NCBI RefSeq assembly: GCF_963921235.1
Contig: NC_086108.1
Coordinates: 115,136,001 to 115,200,000, forward strand
DNA length: 64,000 nt
Source of the DNA: Mobula hypostoma
Lineage: Eukaryota
Reading direction: 5' to 3'
The notes beneath the pieces are model-generated. The model made no database searches. It had not been told where the DNA came from and saw only the letters and a list, made by a program, of their open reading frames with translations. The position numbers and the translations under genes are program-made. Each line of letters starts with the position of its first letter. Position 1 is the first letter of the stretch. Below are positions 24,401 to 37,445 of this stretch, piece after piece.

Positions 24401-25160
24401 TTTGGTAGGTCAAATATGATGGCAGAATATAGTATTAATGGCAAGACTCTTGGCAATGTGGAGGATCAGAGAGATCTTGGGGTCTGAGTCCATAGGACGC
24501 CCAAAGCAGCTGTGCAGGTTGACTCTGTGGTTAAGAAGGCATACGGTGTATTGGCCTTCATTAATTGTGGAATTGAATTTAGGAGCCAAGAGGTAATGTT
24601 GCAGCTATATAGGACCCTGGTCAGACCCCACTTGGAGTACTGTGCTCAGTTCTGGTCGCCTCACTACAGGAAGGATGTGGAAGCCATAGAAAGGGTGCAG
24701 AGGAGATTTACAAGGATGTTGCCTGGATTGGGGAGCATGCCTTATGAAAACAGGTTGAGTGAACTCGGCCTTTTCTCCTTGGAGCAACGGAGGATGAGAG
24801 GTGACCTGATAGAGGTATATAAGATGATGAGAGACATTGATCATGTGGATAGTCAGAGGCTTTTTCCCAGGGCTGAAATGGTTGCCACAAGAGGACACAG
24901 GTTTAAGGTGCTGGAGTGCAGAGGAGATGTCAGGGGTAAGTTTTTTACTCAGAGAGTGGTGAGTGCATGGAAGGGGCTGCCGGCAACGGTGGTGGAGGCG
25001 GATATGGTAGGGTCTTTTAACAGACTTCTGGATAGGTACATGGAGCTTCAAAAAATAGAGGGCTATGGGTAAGCCTAGTAATTTCTAAGGTAGGGACATG
25101 TTCGGCACAACTTTGTGGGCCAAAGGGCCTGTATTGTGCTGTAGGTTTTCTATGTTTCTA
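21480..25160 (+). mobile_element. Near full-length CR1 LINE: 5' UTR, ORF1 (Cys motif and SGNH esterase, ~21722-22630), ORF2 (APE and RT, ~22735-25072); inactivated
   Basis: ORF1 has CAWC...CTRC, VIGDSIVRG, HIGTNDIG and DGLTLN. ORF2 has [39 protein letters not shown] and FADDTK. It carries frameshifts and an internal deletion at ~23282; tail TTTCTATGTTTCTAT. Confidence 0.95.
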
Positions 25161-25383
25161 TCAGTATCCCAGCCACATGCTCCACCTCCGTGAGTCTTAT
25201 TTCTTTTATCAAGGAAATCAAGAACTAGAGGAATGAGGTGTAGGTTGAGAGTGGAGAGATTTAAAAGGAAACTAGGGGCAACTTCTTCTACACAGGAGAC
25301 AGCTTGTACATGGAGTGAGATGTCAAAGGGGTTGAGGCAGGTACAGGAACAACATTGAACAGGCACTTGGGAAAGGTTTAGTG

Positions 25384-25462
25384 CAGGGGTTCCCAACCTA
25401 GGGTCTATGGACACCTTGCTTAATGGTATTGGTCCTTGCATAAAAAAGGTTGTGAACCTCTG
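25384..25462. mobile_element. hAT/Charlie-like MITE
   Basis: CAGGGGTTCCCAACC...GGTTGTGAACCTCTG termini. Same family as 19090-19168. Confidence 0.72.
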
Positions 25463-25499
25463 GGTTACAGACAGGCAATTACTGGCAGCTTTGGTTGGA

Positions 25500-25820
25500 A
25501 ATCAAGAGATTCTGCAGCTGCAGGAAATCCAGAGTAACCAAAGACTCTCACAGATTTCTACAAATGTACAATGGAGAAACTGACTGGTTGCATGACTGTC
25601 TGGTATGGAGGAGCCACTGCACAGCAGCAGGAAAAGCTGCGGAAAGTTGCAAACTAAGCCACGCCTGCCCACACCCCCAGCATTACAAGCATCTTCAAAA
25701 AGTTTCTCAAGGATGTGGTGTCCATCGCCCAGGACATGCCCTCTTCTCATTGCTACCATCAGGGAGAAGGTACAGGAGTCTGAAGACACACACTCAACAT
25801 TTTAGGAACAGTTTCTAGCT
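25500..25820 (+). mobile_element. Rex1-type LINE C-terminal fragment
   Basis: HRPGHALFSLLPSGRRYRSLKTHTQHFRNSF. Confidence 0.8.
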
Positions 25821-26069
25821 GAGGTGGGAATCTTTGTCAGCATGGACCAATTGGGGCAAAGGGTCTGTTTCTGTGTGATTCGAGCCCTTTTCCTGTTGAG
25901 ATGACAACAGAATATGTTCACATTCCTTCTAATGCTTCCTTCCACACTTCACTCACACTCTCTCTTTGCCCCTCTTATCTCCATTTTCACCTCTCCCCTG
26001 CTGTTTTAGTAATTCTGCAAATCAATGTGAGAGGGAGGGATTAGGTTGATCTTGGAATAAGTTTCTGTC

Positions 26070-26440
26070 ATTCTCTCGATGCGCAGTAGAGATCATCCTA
26101 ACAAGCTACATCAGTGCACAGAACGGAGACTGCACTGTGGCAGACAGGAAGACTCAACAACAGGTAATCAGTACTGCCCAAAGCATCACGGGCACCAGTC
26201 TACCCGCCATCAAGGGCATATATACAGAACGGTGCCAGAAGAGGGCCAGTAACATCATGAAGGATTCCACCCTCCCTGCTCATGGTCTGTTTGTCCCACC
26301 CCCATCAGGGAGGCGTCTAAGCAGCGTCCACACCAGGACCACCAGACTCAAAAACAGTTACTTTCCCCAAGCGGTAAGGCAGACCAACACCCCCACACAC
26401 TAACCAACTCCTCCACTACTTTATCACTTCCTGTCAGTCA
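26070..26440 (+). mobile_element. Rex1-type LINE C-terminal fragment (family that seeds the 28-bp satellite)
   Basis: PAHGLFVPPPSGRRLSSVHTRTTRLKNSYFPQAVR, followed by CCCCCACACACTAACCAACTCCTCCACTACTTTATC. Confidence 0.85.
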
Positions 26441-26724
26441 ATGAATCTTAAGGGGACATATGCCTGACTTGCCTCCCTGCTGGTCGGCATCCCATCGATG
26501 TGGCGAGGGGAGAGCGTGGATTAACTCAGAGAGTCGCCGATCTCTGCATCAGCCATATTGCAGGCAGCACCCAGTCAACTGGAATCAGAATGGATTTAAT
26601 ATTATCACATGTACTGGGATATAGCGAAGAGCCCACACACCAAACAGAAGCTGCCATTGCACAAACATGGAGACAGGCCCTTCAGCCAATCGAGTCTGTA
26701 CTGACTGGCAAGCACCCGTTATCA

Positions 26725-27035
26725 TTGGGCAGCAGAGTAGCATAGCGGTTAACGTAACACCTTACAACACCAGCGATCAGGGTTCAATTCCTGCTGCTGT
26801 CTATGAGGAGTTTGTTTGTTCTCTCTGTACCAGATGGGTTTCCTCCATATACTCTGCTTCCCTCCCACATCCAAAGACGTACGGGTCAGGGTTATAAAAC
26901 TGTGGGCATGCCATGTTGGCACTGGAAACATGGTGACATATTGGGCTGCTCCCAGCACATCCTCGGACTGTGTTGGTTGTTGACACATTTCACTGCATGT
27001 TTCAAAGTCCTGCACATGACAAATAAACCTCATCT
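26725..27035 (+). mobile_element. tRNA-derived SINE
   Basis: A-box-like GTAGCATAGCGG, B-box GGTTCAATTCC, V-domain GGGTTTCCTCC...CCTCCCACATCCAAAGAC and an AATAAA tail. Confidence 0.75.
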
Positions 27036-27399
27036 TTATCTTTACATTAATCATGGAAGCACAATGCACAGAAATATCAGCCTATTCTGTCTGTACTGAC
27101 AGGCAAGCACCAACAGAAATCAAGGAAGGACACTGCTCAGAAACATGGCGTTTAGATAATTTTACAGAAACGTGTGTAAGCATTCTGATGAAGATTCTTG
27201 AGTCCTAAACAGGAACTTTGCTTCTCTCTCCACAGACACTGCCTGACCTGTTGAGTGTTTAGAACACTGATATTAAATACCCCAAGAGTTAAAAAGCAAC
27301 AGTGACTACCGTTTAGTAAAGGCTACTGGAGAACAGAAAAACCTGCAAACAGTCAATGGGTCAGGCAGCACCTACAGAGGGAAATCAGAGAGAGAAGGA

Positions 27400-28400
27400 G
27401 TATTGGATACAGTTATGGTTAACCTGCTATCGGAAGGATATCGAGGCTTTGGAGAGGGTGCAGAAGAGGTTCACCAGGATGCTGCCTGGATTAGAGGGCA
27501 TGGGCTATAATGAGAGGTTGCACAAACTTGGCTTGTTTTCTCTGGAGCAGCGGAAGCTGAGGGGAGATCTGACAGATCTTTATAAGATTATGAGAGGCAT
27601 AAATACAGTGGAGGGACTGGTTGAAATGTCTAATACCAGAGGGCAGGCATTTAGGGTGAGAGAGGGGATCATTTCAAACAGGATGAGAGATTTTTTTTGT
27701 ATACAGAGAGTGGTGAGTGCCTGGAATGTGCTGCCTGGGGTGGTGGTAGAGGCAGATACACTGGCGGATTTTAAGAGACATAGAGATCAGCACATGAATG
27801 TGAAGAAAATGGAAGAATATGGAAATTATGAAGGCATAAGGGACGAGTTTGGTTGGCCACTTGATGACTAATTTAATTAGTTCGGCACAAGATTGTGGAC
27901 AGAAAGGCCTGTTCCTGTGCTGTACTGGCCTATTTCCTAACCAAGGGTTAATGTTTCAGGTAAGGAGGGGGTAGAGTTTCTCAAGTGTGTTCCGGAGAAC
28001 TTTCTTGATCAGTATGTTTCTGGGCCCAACCAGGAAGATGGTGTTGCTAGACTTGGTTCTGGGAAATTAGCCAGACCAAATGGAGCAAACATCCACAGGG
28101 AACGTCTGGAAAGTCGGAGCGTAATATCAAAAGGTTTAGAGCAGCTTTGGAACAGGAAATAGGCCACTCCAAGGTAAAAATAGTCAGTCAGACAAGTGCC
28201 AATTTCAAAGGACTGAGAACAGATCTGGCACTTTGAGAGTGGAGATGTTTCAGCTAGAGTCCAGGTACATTCCCAAGGAGGAGAAGGGAAGGGAAGTTAA
28301 TGCCAAAGCTTCCTGGATGACCTGATGGATTGAACATAAAACAGAGCAGAAGAAAAGGGCAGGCAACAGATGCCAGCTTGTTACTTCAAGTGAGAACCCA
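27400..28400 (+). mobile_element. CR1 fragments (3' end ~27400-27935; APE-region relic ~27960-28400)
   Basis: YRKDIEALERVQKRFTRMLPGL and FLKCVPENFLDQYVSGP. Confidence 0.8.
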
Positions 28401-28404
28401 GCTA

Positions 28405-28955
28405 ATTCAAGATTCAAGATTCAAGATTCTTTAATGTCATTTCCAGTACACAAACGTAAAGGAGAATAAGATCATCACTATTCCGGATCTGATGCAGCAC
28501 AAAATAAAAACACAAAGGATAAAGAACACAATAATAATAAAAAATACGATAAATATAAATACATAGGATAGCTTATATACATAGATTGATTGTATGTCAA
28601 TGAGGTGACGCTAGGCACAAGGGTGTCTGTACATAAGGCGACTGACAGGAAATGATAAAGTAGTGGTGGGGTGGGAGTTGTGGGTTTGATCAGCCTTACT
28701 GCTGGGGAAAGTAACTGTTTTTGAGTCTAGTGGTCCTGGCATTGATGTTACATAGCCTCCTCCCTGATGGGAGTGGGACTAACAGTCCATGAGCAGGGTG
28801 AGTGGGATCCTTCATGGTGTTACTGGCACTATTCCAGCACCTTTCTGTATACATGTGCTTGATGGCAGGTAGGCTGGTGCCAGTGAGGAATTGGATCATC
28901 TTGACTACCCGCTGTAGAGCCCTCTTGTTCACTGCAGTGTAGTTTCTGTACCAGA
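28405..28955 (-). mobile_element. Rex1-type LINE 3' end with (TCTTGAA)n tail
   Basis: DPTHPAHGLLVPLPSGRRLCNINARTTRLKNSYFPQ; its 3' UTR is co-linear with 63322-63562. Confidence 0.85.
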
Positions 28956-29399
28956 CACTTGCCTCCTGATATGAAATAAAGTTTATATCAAGAGGCTGTT
29001 TCTGAATGAATTACCCTACACGGAAATAGGCCCTTCAGCCCAGCAAGACTGTGCTTATTGCCAAGCACCCATTGACACAAACACCGTGTAAGGTACAGAT
29101 AGGCCGTTCAAATCTTTTTCCCAGGGTCAAAATGTTGAATACTCGATAACATGCATTTAACATGAGAGTGGCCAAGTTCAAAGCAGATGTGCGAGGCAAG
29201 AATTTCTTTTCCACTGAGTGGAGGGTGCCTGGAATGAGCTGCTGGGGTGGGCGGTGGAGGCAGATACGACAGTGGTGTTTCAGGGACTGATAGACACGAA
29301 CATGCAGGGAAGGTGGGGATATGGACCATGTTCCGGCAGAATACTGAACGGACAATCAACCAACCCATATTTCTTATAATCTATACAATTTTTTGGGTA

Positions 29400-29775
29400 G
29401 CAGGGTGGAGATATGTCTTTACCAAAGGAGGTATGAGGTGCTCCTTCCTTCCATTAACCTGCAGATCACCCTTGGGCAAGGTGTAGCACCTGTTTAGCCC
29501 CCCCAGTCATGGTCACGTGAAGTCATGGGCACAGGTGATGATGGTCGTATGAGCAACTGTTGCATATTACAGGTCCTGGTTACGTGACCACTGATGCCAG
29601 GCAGACAATCTCTGAAGAATATTGATAATGGCTGGGGTCACCCGTTTTGTAAAGACACTGTCCAGAAGAAGGCAATGGCAAACTACTTGTAGAAAAATTG
29701 GCCAAGAACAGTCATGGTCAAATCCATGATCACCCACATCATTCGATATGGCACATAATGAATGAATGAATGAAT
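29400..29775 (+). mobile_element. RTE/BovB-related short element with (TGAA)n tail
   Basis: AGAAGAAGGCAATGGCAAAC resembles the BovB/Bov-A 3' motif GGAGAAGGCAATGGCA; it ends in a TGAA tandem tail. Confidence 0.55.
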
Positions 29776-29845
29776 ATATATTTTATATATTTCAATGTAC
29801 TGCTGCCGCAAAACAACAAATTTCACAACATGTGCCAGTGATATT

Positions 29846-32800
29846 AACATACATAGAACATTGAATAGTACAGCACAGTACAGGCCCTTTGGCCCACAAT
29901 GTTGTGCCGACCCTCAAACCCTGATCCCATATAACCCCCCACCTTAAATTCCTCCATATACCTGTCTAGTTGTCTCTTAAATTTCACTAGTGTATCTACC
30001 TCCACCACTGACTCAGGCAGTGCATTCCATGTACCAACCACTCTCTGAATGAAAAACCTTCCTCTAATATCTCCCTTGAACTTCCCACCCCTTACCTTAA
30101 AGCCATGTCCTCTTGTATTGAGCAGTGGTGCCCTGGGGAAGAGGCGCTGGCTATCCACTCTATCTATTCCTCTTAATATCTTGTATACCTCTATCATGTC
30201 TCCTCTCATCCTCCTTCTCTCAAAAGAGTAAAGTCCTAGCTCCCTCAATCTCTGATCATAATGCATACTCTCTAAACCAGGCAGCATCCTGGTAAATCTC
30301 CTCTGTACCCTTTCCAATGCTTCCACATCCTTCCTATAGTGAGGCGACCAGAACTGGACACAGTACTCCAAGTGTGGCCAAACCAGAGTTTTATAGAGCT
30401 GCATCATTACCTCGCGACTCTTAAACTCTATCCCTCAACTTATGAAAGCTAACACCCCATAAGCTTTCATAACTACCCTATCTACCTGTGAGGCAACTTT
30501 CAGGGATCTGTGGACATGTACCCCAAGATCCCTCTGCTCCTCCACACTACCAAGTATCCTGCCATTTACTTTGTACTCTGCCTTGCAGTTTGTCCTTCCA
30601 AAGTGTACCACCTCACACTTCTCCGGATTGAACTCCATCTGCCACTTCTCAGCCCACTTCTGCATCCTATCAATGTCTCTCTGCAAACTTCAACAATCTT
30701 CTACACTATCCACAACATCACCAACCTTCGTGTCGTCTGCAAACTTGCCAACCCACTCTTCTACCCCACATCCAGGTCGTTAATAAAAATCATGGAAAGT
30801 AGAGGTCGCAGAACCGATCCTTGTGGGACACCACTAGTCACAACCCTCCAAACTGAATGTACTCCCTCCACCACAACCCTCTGCCTTCTGCAGGCAAGCC
30901 AATTCTGAATCCACCTGGCCAAACTTCCCCGGATTCCATGCCTTCTGACTTTCTAAATAAGCCTACTGTGTGGAACCTTGTCAAATGTCTTACTAAAATC
31001 CATGTAGATCACAGCCACTGCACTACCCTCATCTATATGCCTGGTCACCTCCTCAAAGAACTCTATCAGGCTTGTTAGACACGATCTGCCCTTCACAAAG
31101 CCATGCTGACTGTCTCTGATCAGACCATGGTTCTCTAAATGCCCATAGATCCTATCTCTAAGAATCTTTTTCAACAGCTTTCCCACCACAGACGTAAGGC
31201 TCACTGGTCTATAATTACCCGGACTATCCCTGCTACCTTTTTTGAACAAGGAGATGACATTCACCTCCCTCCAATCCTCTGGTACCATTGCCGTAGACAA
31301 CAAGGACATAAAGATCCTAGCCAGAGGCTCAGCTATCTCTTCCCTCGCCTCATGGAGTAGCCTGGGGAATATTCTGTCAGGCCCCGGGGACTTATCCATC
31401 CTAATGTATTTTAACAACTCCAACATCTCCTCTCCCTTAATATCAACATGCTCCAGAACATCAACCTCACTCATATTGTTCTCACCGTCATCAAGTTCCC
31501 TCTCATTGGTGAATACCGAAGAGAAGTATTCATTAAGGACCTCGCTCACTTCCACAGCCTCCAGGCACATCTTCCCATCTTTATCTCTATCGGTCCTACC
31601 TTCACTCCTGTCATCCTTTTGTTCTTCACATAATTGAAGAATGCCCTGAGGTTTTCCTTTACCCTACTCGCCAAGGCCTTCTCATGCCCCCTTCTTGCTC
31701 TTCTCAGCCCCTTCTTAAGCTCCTTTCTTGCTTCCCTATATTCCTCAATAGACCCATCTGATCCTTGCTTCCTAAACCTCATGTATGCTGCCTTCTTCCA
31801 TCTGACTAGATTTTCCACCTCACTTGTCACCCATAGTTCCTTCACCCTACCGTTCTATATCTTCCTCACCAGGACAAATGTATCCCTAACATCCTGCAAG
31901 CGATCCCTAAACATCGACCTCATGTCCACAGTACATTTCCCTGCAAAAACATCATCCCAATTCACACCCACAGGTTCTAGTCTTATAGCCTCATAATGAT
32001 TCTATCCTTTTCCATGGTAATGCTAAAGGCCAGGGAGCGGTGGTTACTGTCCCCCAAATGCTCACCCACTGAGAGATCTGTGACCTGACCCAGTTCATTA
32101 CCTAATACTAGAACTAGTATGGCATTCCCCCTCGTCGGCCTGTCAACATACTGTGACAGGAATCCATCCTGGACACACTGAACAAACCTTGCCCCCTCTA
32201 AACCATTGGAACTAGTCAGGTGCCAATCAATATTAAGGAAGTTAAAGTCACCCACGATAACAACCCTGTTATTTTTGCAACTTTCCAAAATCAGCGCCTC
32301 GGTATCTCTGCTGCTACCAGGGTGCCTATAGAATACTCCCAATAGAGTAACTGCTGCCTTCCTGTTCCTGACTTCCACCCATACTGACTCAAAAGAGGAT
32401 CCTGCTAGATTACCCACCCTTTCTGTAGCCGTAATAGTATCCCTGGCCAGTAATGCCACCCCTCCTCCCCTTTTCCTCCCTCTCTATCCCTTTTAAAGCA
32501 CTGAAATCCAGGAATATTGAGAATCCATTCCTGCCCTGGTGCCAGCCAAGTCTCTGTAATGGCCACTACATCATAATTCCATGTATGTATCCGAGCTTTC
32601 AGTTCATCACCTTTGTTTCTGATGCTTCTTGCATTGAGGTACACGCACTTTAGCCCTTCTACCTTATTACCTTTACACACTTTATTCTGCTTCTCTTTCC
32701 TCAAAGCCTCTTTATATGTTAGATCTGGCTTTACTCCATGCACTATACTTGCAGTTCTCGCATGACCTTTATCCTCCTCCTCCACCACACTATCTGCTCT

Positions 32801-32942
32801 AACACTATGGCTCCCCTCCCCTCGCAAAACTAGTTTAAACCACCCCCCCCCCCCGGAGCAGCACTAGCAAACCTTCCGGCAAGGATGTTAGTCCCCCTCC
32901 AGTTCAGGTGCAAACCGTCCCGTCGGAACAGGTCCCACCTTC
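29846..32942 (-). mobile_element. Long CR1 LINE (ORF1 end, APE, RT, 3' end); inactivated, with an internal deletion near 31997
   Basis: YLNARSIRNK, VVAITETWL, VGDFN, NYRPVSLTS, QHGFVKGRSCLTSL and HLEYCVQFWSPHY in successive minus-strand ORFs. Confidence 0.95.
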
Positions 32943-33804
32943 CAATCTGATTCTCAAGTCAAGTCAAGTCAAATTGGTTTTATTGCCATTTCAAGCATAA
33001 GCTGCTGGTACAGTACACAGTTAAAATGAAACAACGTTCCTCCAGGACCATGGTGATGCAGTTAGATTAAGTTGCCATCCTATGCTGTACTGTTCAATAT
33101 TCTATGTTTCCCTCCAGATTCCACCCCTCACCCACACACTGGGGACAATTTACAGCAACCAATTAATCTGCCAACCCATATGTCTTTAGGATGTGGAAGG
33201 GAACTGGAGCACTCGAGGGAAGCCCACATTATCAGCACCAGGACTAAACCCAAGCTGCTGGAGCATTGAGACAGAGATTGTTCAGCTGCACAATTCAAAA
33301 TTAACATCTGAATGAAAATAAAGGCAGAAAATGTGCAAAACTTAGCTATGTAGCACTGTCTCCTTCTCATTTATTGTCCTACGACATTATTTATTGTCCT
33401 TCCTCAGACGCTGCCTGACCAGCTGACCATTCGCACCATTTCCTAGTTGCACGTTGTTCAGACTGGCAGTGTTTCAGACTCCTAGCTTGTAGGTCTCTAG
33501 CCCGAAGTGTAAGGTGCTTGTGATGGAAGATCTGTTGTGCTGAAAGGGAGAGATCCAGGTATGGAGGAAGGTCTGACAAAAACACCTGCTGCTGAATGAT
33601 GGATGGAAATGAAATCCGAATCAGGTTTGTTATCACTGACATGGAGCACAGAATGGCACGGGAACAGGCCCTTTGGCTCACAATTTTGTGCCAAACCAGA
33701 TAAATTAATCATCAAATGGCCTACTGAACTAATTCTTCATGTCTACAAAATGTCCGTAAGCTCCGATTTTCCTCATGTTCAGGTGCTTATCTAAACGTCT
33801 CTTA

Positions 33805-34050
33805 AACAGTGGTTAGCAGTACCAGCAACCCAGGCTCATTCCATGCCACTACGTATAAGGAGTTTGAATGTTCTCCCTGTGACCACATGGGTTTCCTCCC
33901 ACATGCCAAAGACGTACCGGCCGGTGGGTAACTGGCCAATGTAAATCGTCCTGTGATGAGGCTAGGATTAAATCAGAGGATTGCTGTGCAGCTGGACTCA
34001 AAGGGCTCAAAGGGCCTGCTCTGCGCTGTATCTGAATAAATAAATAAATT
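33805..34050 (+). mobile_element. V-SINE/HE1-like SINE inserted in a CR1 3' relic
   Basis: GTAAGGAGTTTG-like box, GGGTTTCCTCCCACATGCCAAAGAC and a (TAAA)n tail. Confidence 0.7.
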
Positions 34051-34258
34051 AACCCATCCCTAAAGTATCTGCCTCTGTCAGCACTTTCCAGGCACCCACC
34101 ACTCTCTGTGTAAAAAACTTGCCCCTCACATCTTCTTTGAAATCATTCCCTCTCACTCAAATGCATGCTCTCTGGTATTATACATTTCGACCTTTGTTGT
34201 TATACAGCAGCCGTATAGAGCAATACATAAAAATTAGTATAAGTTACAATAAGAAGCA

Positions 34259-36261
34259 CATTCAATGGCCACTTTATTGGAGGTAACTAATAAAGAGTAT
34301 GTTCACAGACTTCTGCTTCTGTAGCTCATCCACTTCAAGGTTCGATGTGTTGTGCATTCCCAGATGCTCTTCTGTACACCACTGTTGTAACGTGTACCAT
34401 TTGAGCTACTGTCACCTTTCTATCAGCTTGAACTAGTCTGGCCATTCTCCTCTCACCTCTCTCATTAACAAGTTGCTTTTGCCCACAGAAAAGCCGATCA
34501 CTGGATTTTTTTTTTGTTTTTCACACCATTCTCTGTAAACTTTAGAGACTATTATGCATGAAAACCCTAGCAGATCAGCAGTTTCTGAGATATTCAAACC
34601 ACTCCATCTGGCACCAACAATCAATCCACTTAGATGACATTTCTTCTCCATTCTGATGTTTCATCTGAACAGCAACTGAATCTCTTGACCATGTCTGCAT
34701 GCTCTTATGCATTGAGGTGCTGCCACATGATTGACTGATTAGATATTTACATTAATCAATTTCCCCCAGGATCAATAAAGTATGACTATGACTATGACTA
34801 TGACTATAACGACCTGTGGCTCTGACATCAATTGCTATGAAGTGCTTCGAGAGATTGGTTATGGCACACATCAACCACAGCCTACAGGTCAACCTTGATG
34901 CTTTGCAATTCGCTTACCGGAGCAGCAGGTCAACGGCAGAAGCCATCTCTCTGGCCCTACATTCCTCTTTAGAACACCTGGAGAATAAGGACGCATACAT
35001 AAGGCTCCTTTTCATTGACTACAGCTCTGCTTTTAATACCATCATTCCAAATAAACTGATTCCTAAGCTCCGGAACCTGGGCCTTAGCACTCAGATCTGC
35101 AGCTGGATCTTCAACTTCCTCACAGACAGGACACAGGCTGTAAAAATAGGGGACAAGCTCTCCTCTACAATCACTCTGAGCACCGATGCCTCACAAGGCT
35201 GTGTACTCAGCCCCCTGCTGTACTCACTGTACACCCATGATTGTGTAGCAAAGTTTCTATCAAACTCAATATACAAGTTTGCTGATGATACAACAATTGT
35301 AGGCTGTATCTCGGGTAATGATGAGTTTGAGTACAGAGAGGAAATTAAGAACCTGGTGGCATGGTGTGAAGACAATAACCTATCACTCAACGTCAGCAAG
35401 ATGAAGGAATTGGTTGACGACTTCAGAAGGAGTAGCGGACCGCACGACCCCATTTACATCGGTGGTGCGCAAGTGGAACAGGTCAAAAGCTTTAAGTTCC
35501 TCGGGGTCAATGTCACAAATGACCTGACTTGGTCCAACCAAGCAGAGTTCACTGCCAAGAAGGCCCACCAGCACCTTTACATACTGCGAAAGCTAAAGAA
35601 ATTTGGCCTGTCCCCTAAAACACTCACTAATTTTTATAAATACACCATAGAAAGCATTCTTCTAGGGTGCATCACAACCTGGTATGGAAGTTGTCCTGTC
35701 CAAGACGGAAAGAAGCTGCAGAAGGTCGTGAACATGACGCAGCACATCACACAAACCAATCTTCCGTCCGTGGACTCACTTTACACCACACGCTGTCGGA
35801 GCAGTGCCGCCAGGATAATCAAGGACACGACCCACCCAGCCAACAGACTTTTCGTCCCTCTTCCCTCCCGGAGAAGGTTCAAGAGCTTGAAGACTCGTAC
35901 GGCCAGATTTGGGAACAGCTTCTTTCCAACTGTGATAAGACTGTTGAACGGATCCTGACCCCGATCTGGGCCGTACCCTCCAAATATCCGGACCTGCCTC
36001 TTGGTTTTTTTGTACTACCTTACTTCCCATTTTTCTATTTTCTATTTATGATTTATAATTTAAATTTTTAATATTTACTAATTTTAACTATTTTCAATAT
36101 TTTTATTATTTAATATTTGTAATCCAGGGAGTGTGAAGCGCAGAATCAAATATCTCTGTGATGATTGTATGTTCTAGTACCAATTGTTTGGCGACAATGA
36201 AGTATAAAGTATAAGTAACAAGCAGGTGTACAGGCGTACCTAATAAAGTGGCCACTGGGTG
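34259..36261 (-). mobile_element. Non-autonomous Tc1-like element, split by LINE insertions at ~34757-36215
   Basis: TIRs CATTCAATGGCCACTTTATT and AATAAAGTGGCCACTGGGTG+TA. Minus ORF GLIVGARWSGLNISETADLLGFSCIIVSKVYREW is a transposase N-terminal HTH. Confidence 0.8.
34801..36215 (+). mobile_element. 5'-truncated Rex1/Babar-type LINE with an uninterrupted 380-codon RT/C-terminal ORF (34816-35958)
   Basis: [53 protein letters not shown] and [14 protein letters not shown]; (AAGTAT)n tail. Confidence 0.95.
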
Positions 36262-36619
36262 TATAAATAAACACTGCAAAAATGAGAGCCAAGTGGCGAG
36301 GTACTGGTCATGAGTTCATGGCGGTTCCAAAATCGGATGGCGGAGGGGACGAAGCTGTTTCTGAAACATTGAGTGTGTGTCTTCAGGCTCCTGTACCTCC
36401 TTTTAGATGGTAGCAGTGAGGAAAGGTCATGTCCTGGGTGATGGGGTCCTTAATGATGTATGCCACCTTTCTGAGATGTCCCCTTTTGAAAAAGTCATTG
36501 ATGGTGGAGAGGCTAGTGTCTGAGATGGGGCTGGTGTTGAGTGTGGCTTCAGGCTCCTGTACCACCTCCCTGATGGTACTAACAAGAAGAGGGCATGTCC
36601 AGGTGAGGGTCTTTCATCA

Positions 36620-37000
36620 AGATAGTGATACAGAGAAGATCCACCAGCTCACTGGTAACAATGGCACAGATGCATAGTGTTGCCAAGACCACCTACGGCC
36701 CAAACTCCCAAGACCCTCCATCACCGAGGGCCAACAAATCCAGCTGGAAGGAGCACGTTAAGGATGTGACAGGAGCAGCCGCCCTTCTTACGATCCAATC
36801 TCAGTATCACACGCACCCAACACCAGGTTGAAAAGACCATATGTCAGATGGCAAACAATAAGGCTTGTGAAGCAGATGGCATCCCTGGCTGAGAGAAGCT
36901 TCTGGCAAAAATCAACAGACTCCTCTCCCTTCTCTGACAAGAGTGAGCATGAAGGGGGAAGAAGATGAAATAATCCTGGCCATCTTCAACAACACAAAGC
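36620..37000 (+). mobile_element. Degenerate RTE-like RT fragment
   Basis: Hand translation VEKTICQMANNKACEADGIPG (~36827-36890) resembles the K.A.G.DGIP pre-RT motif. Confidence 0.4.
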
Positions 37001-37261
37001 AGGCCATTTGTGCCCTCTTGCCTGTTCTGCCATGCAACAGATGACAGCTGATCTTTTTGTCCTCACCCATATTACTCTATTCCTCTGATATCTGATCGAA
37101 CAAGGCCACATTGGCAGTGGGTAGAGCCACTGCCTCATGGCTCCAGAGACACGGGTTCAATCCCACCATCCAGCACAGTCTGTGTGGAGTTTGCACATTC
37201 TCTCTGTGACTGTGTGTTTCTCCCAAGAGTTCCAGATCTTGAACTACTTTGCTCCACTTGT

Positions 37262-37445
37262 TATCTCTCGCTCTGTGCCACCCTGCTCTCTCTCTCTCCC
37301 CCCCATCTTCTCTCTGTTTCTCTCCCCTCTCTCTCCTGAGTCTCTCCCTTCCTGTCCCTGAAACACTCTCCCATTTCCTCTCCCCATCTCTCTCTCTCTC
37401 TCTCTCTCCTTCCCCCTCTCGCTGTCTCTTTCTCTCTCCTGCTTA
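37262..37445. repeat. CT-rich microsatellite / polypyrimidine tract
   Basis: Imperfect (CT)n is directly visible. Confidence 0.85.

Noticed and set aside
23328..24419. 363-aa reverse transcriptase ORF as a host or domesticated gene
   Set aside because: It is part of a CR1 ORF2 that frameshifts before the FADD motif and has an upstream deletion.
26725..26800. tRNA gene (A/B boxes)
   Set aside because: It is the head of a SINE, continuing into the V-domain and tail; no cloverleaf is evident.
27184..27215. Additional active hammerhead (CTGATGAAGATTCTTGAGTCCTAAAC)
   Set aside because: The GAAA core and stems are mutated; it is a decayed Penelope-derived copy.
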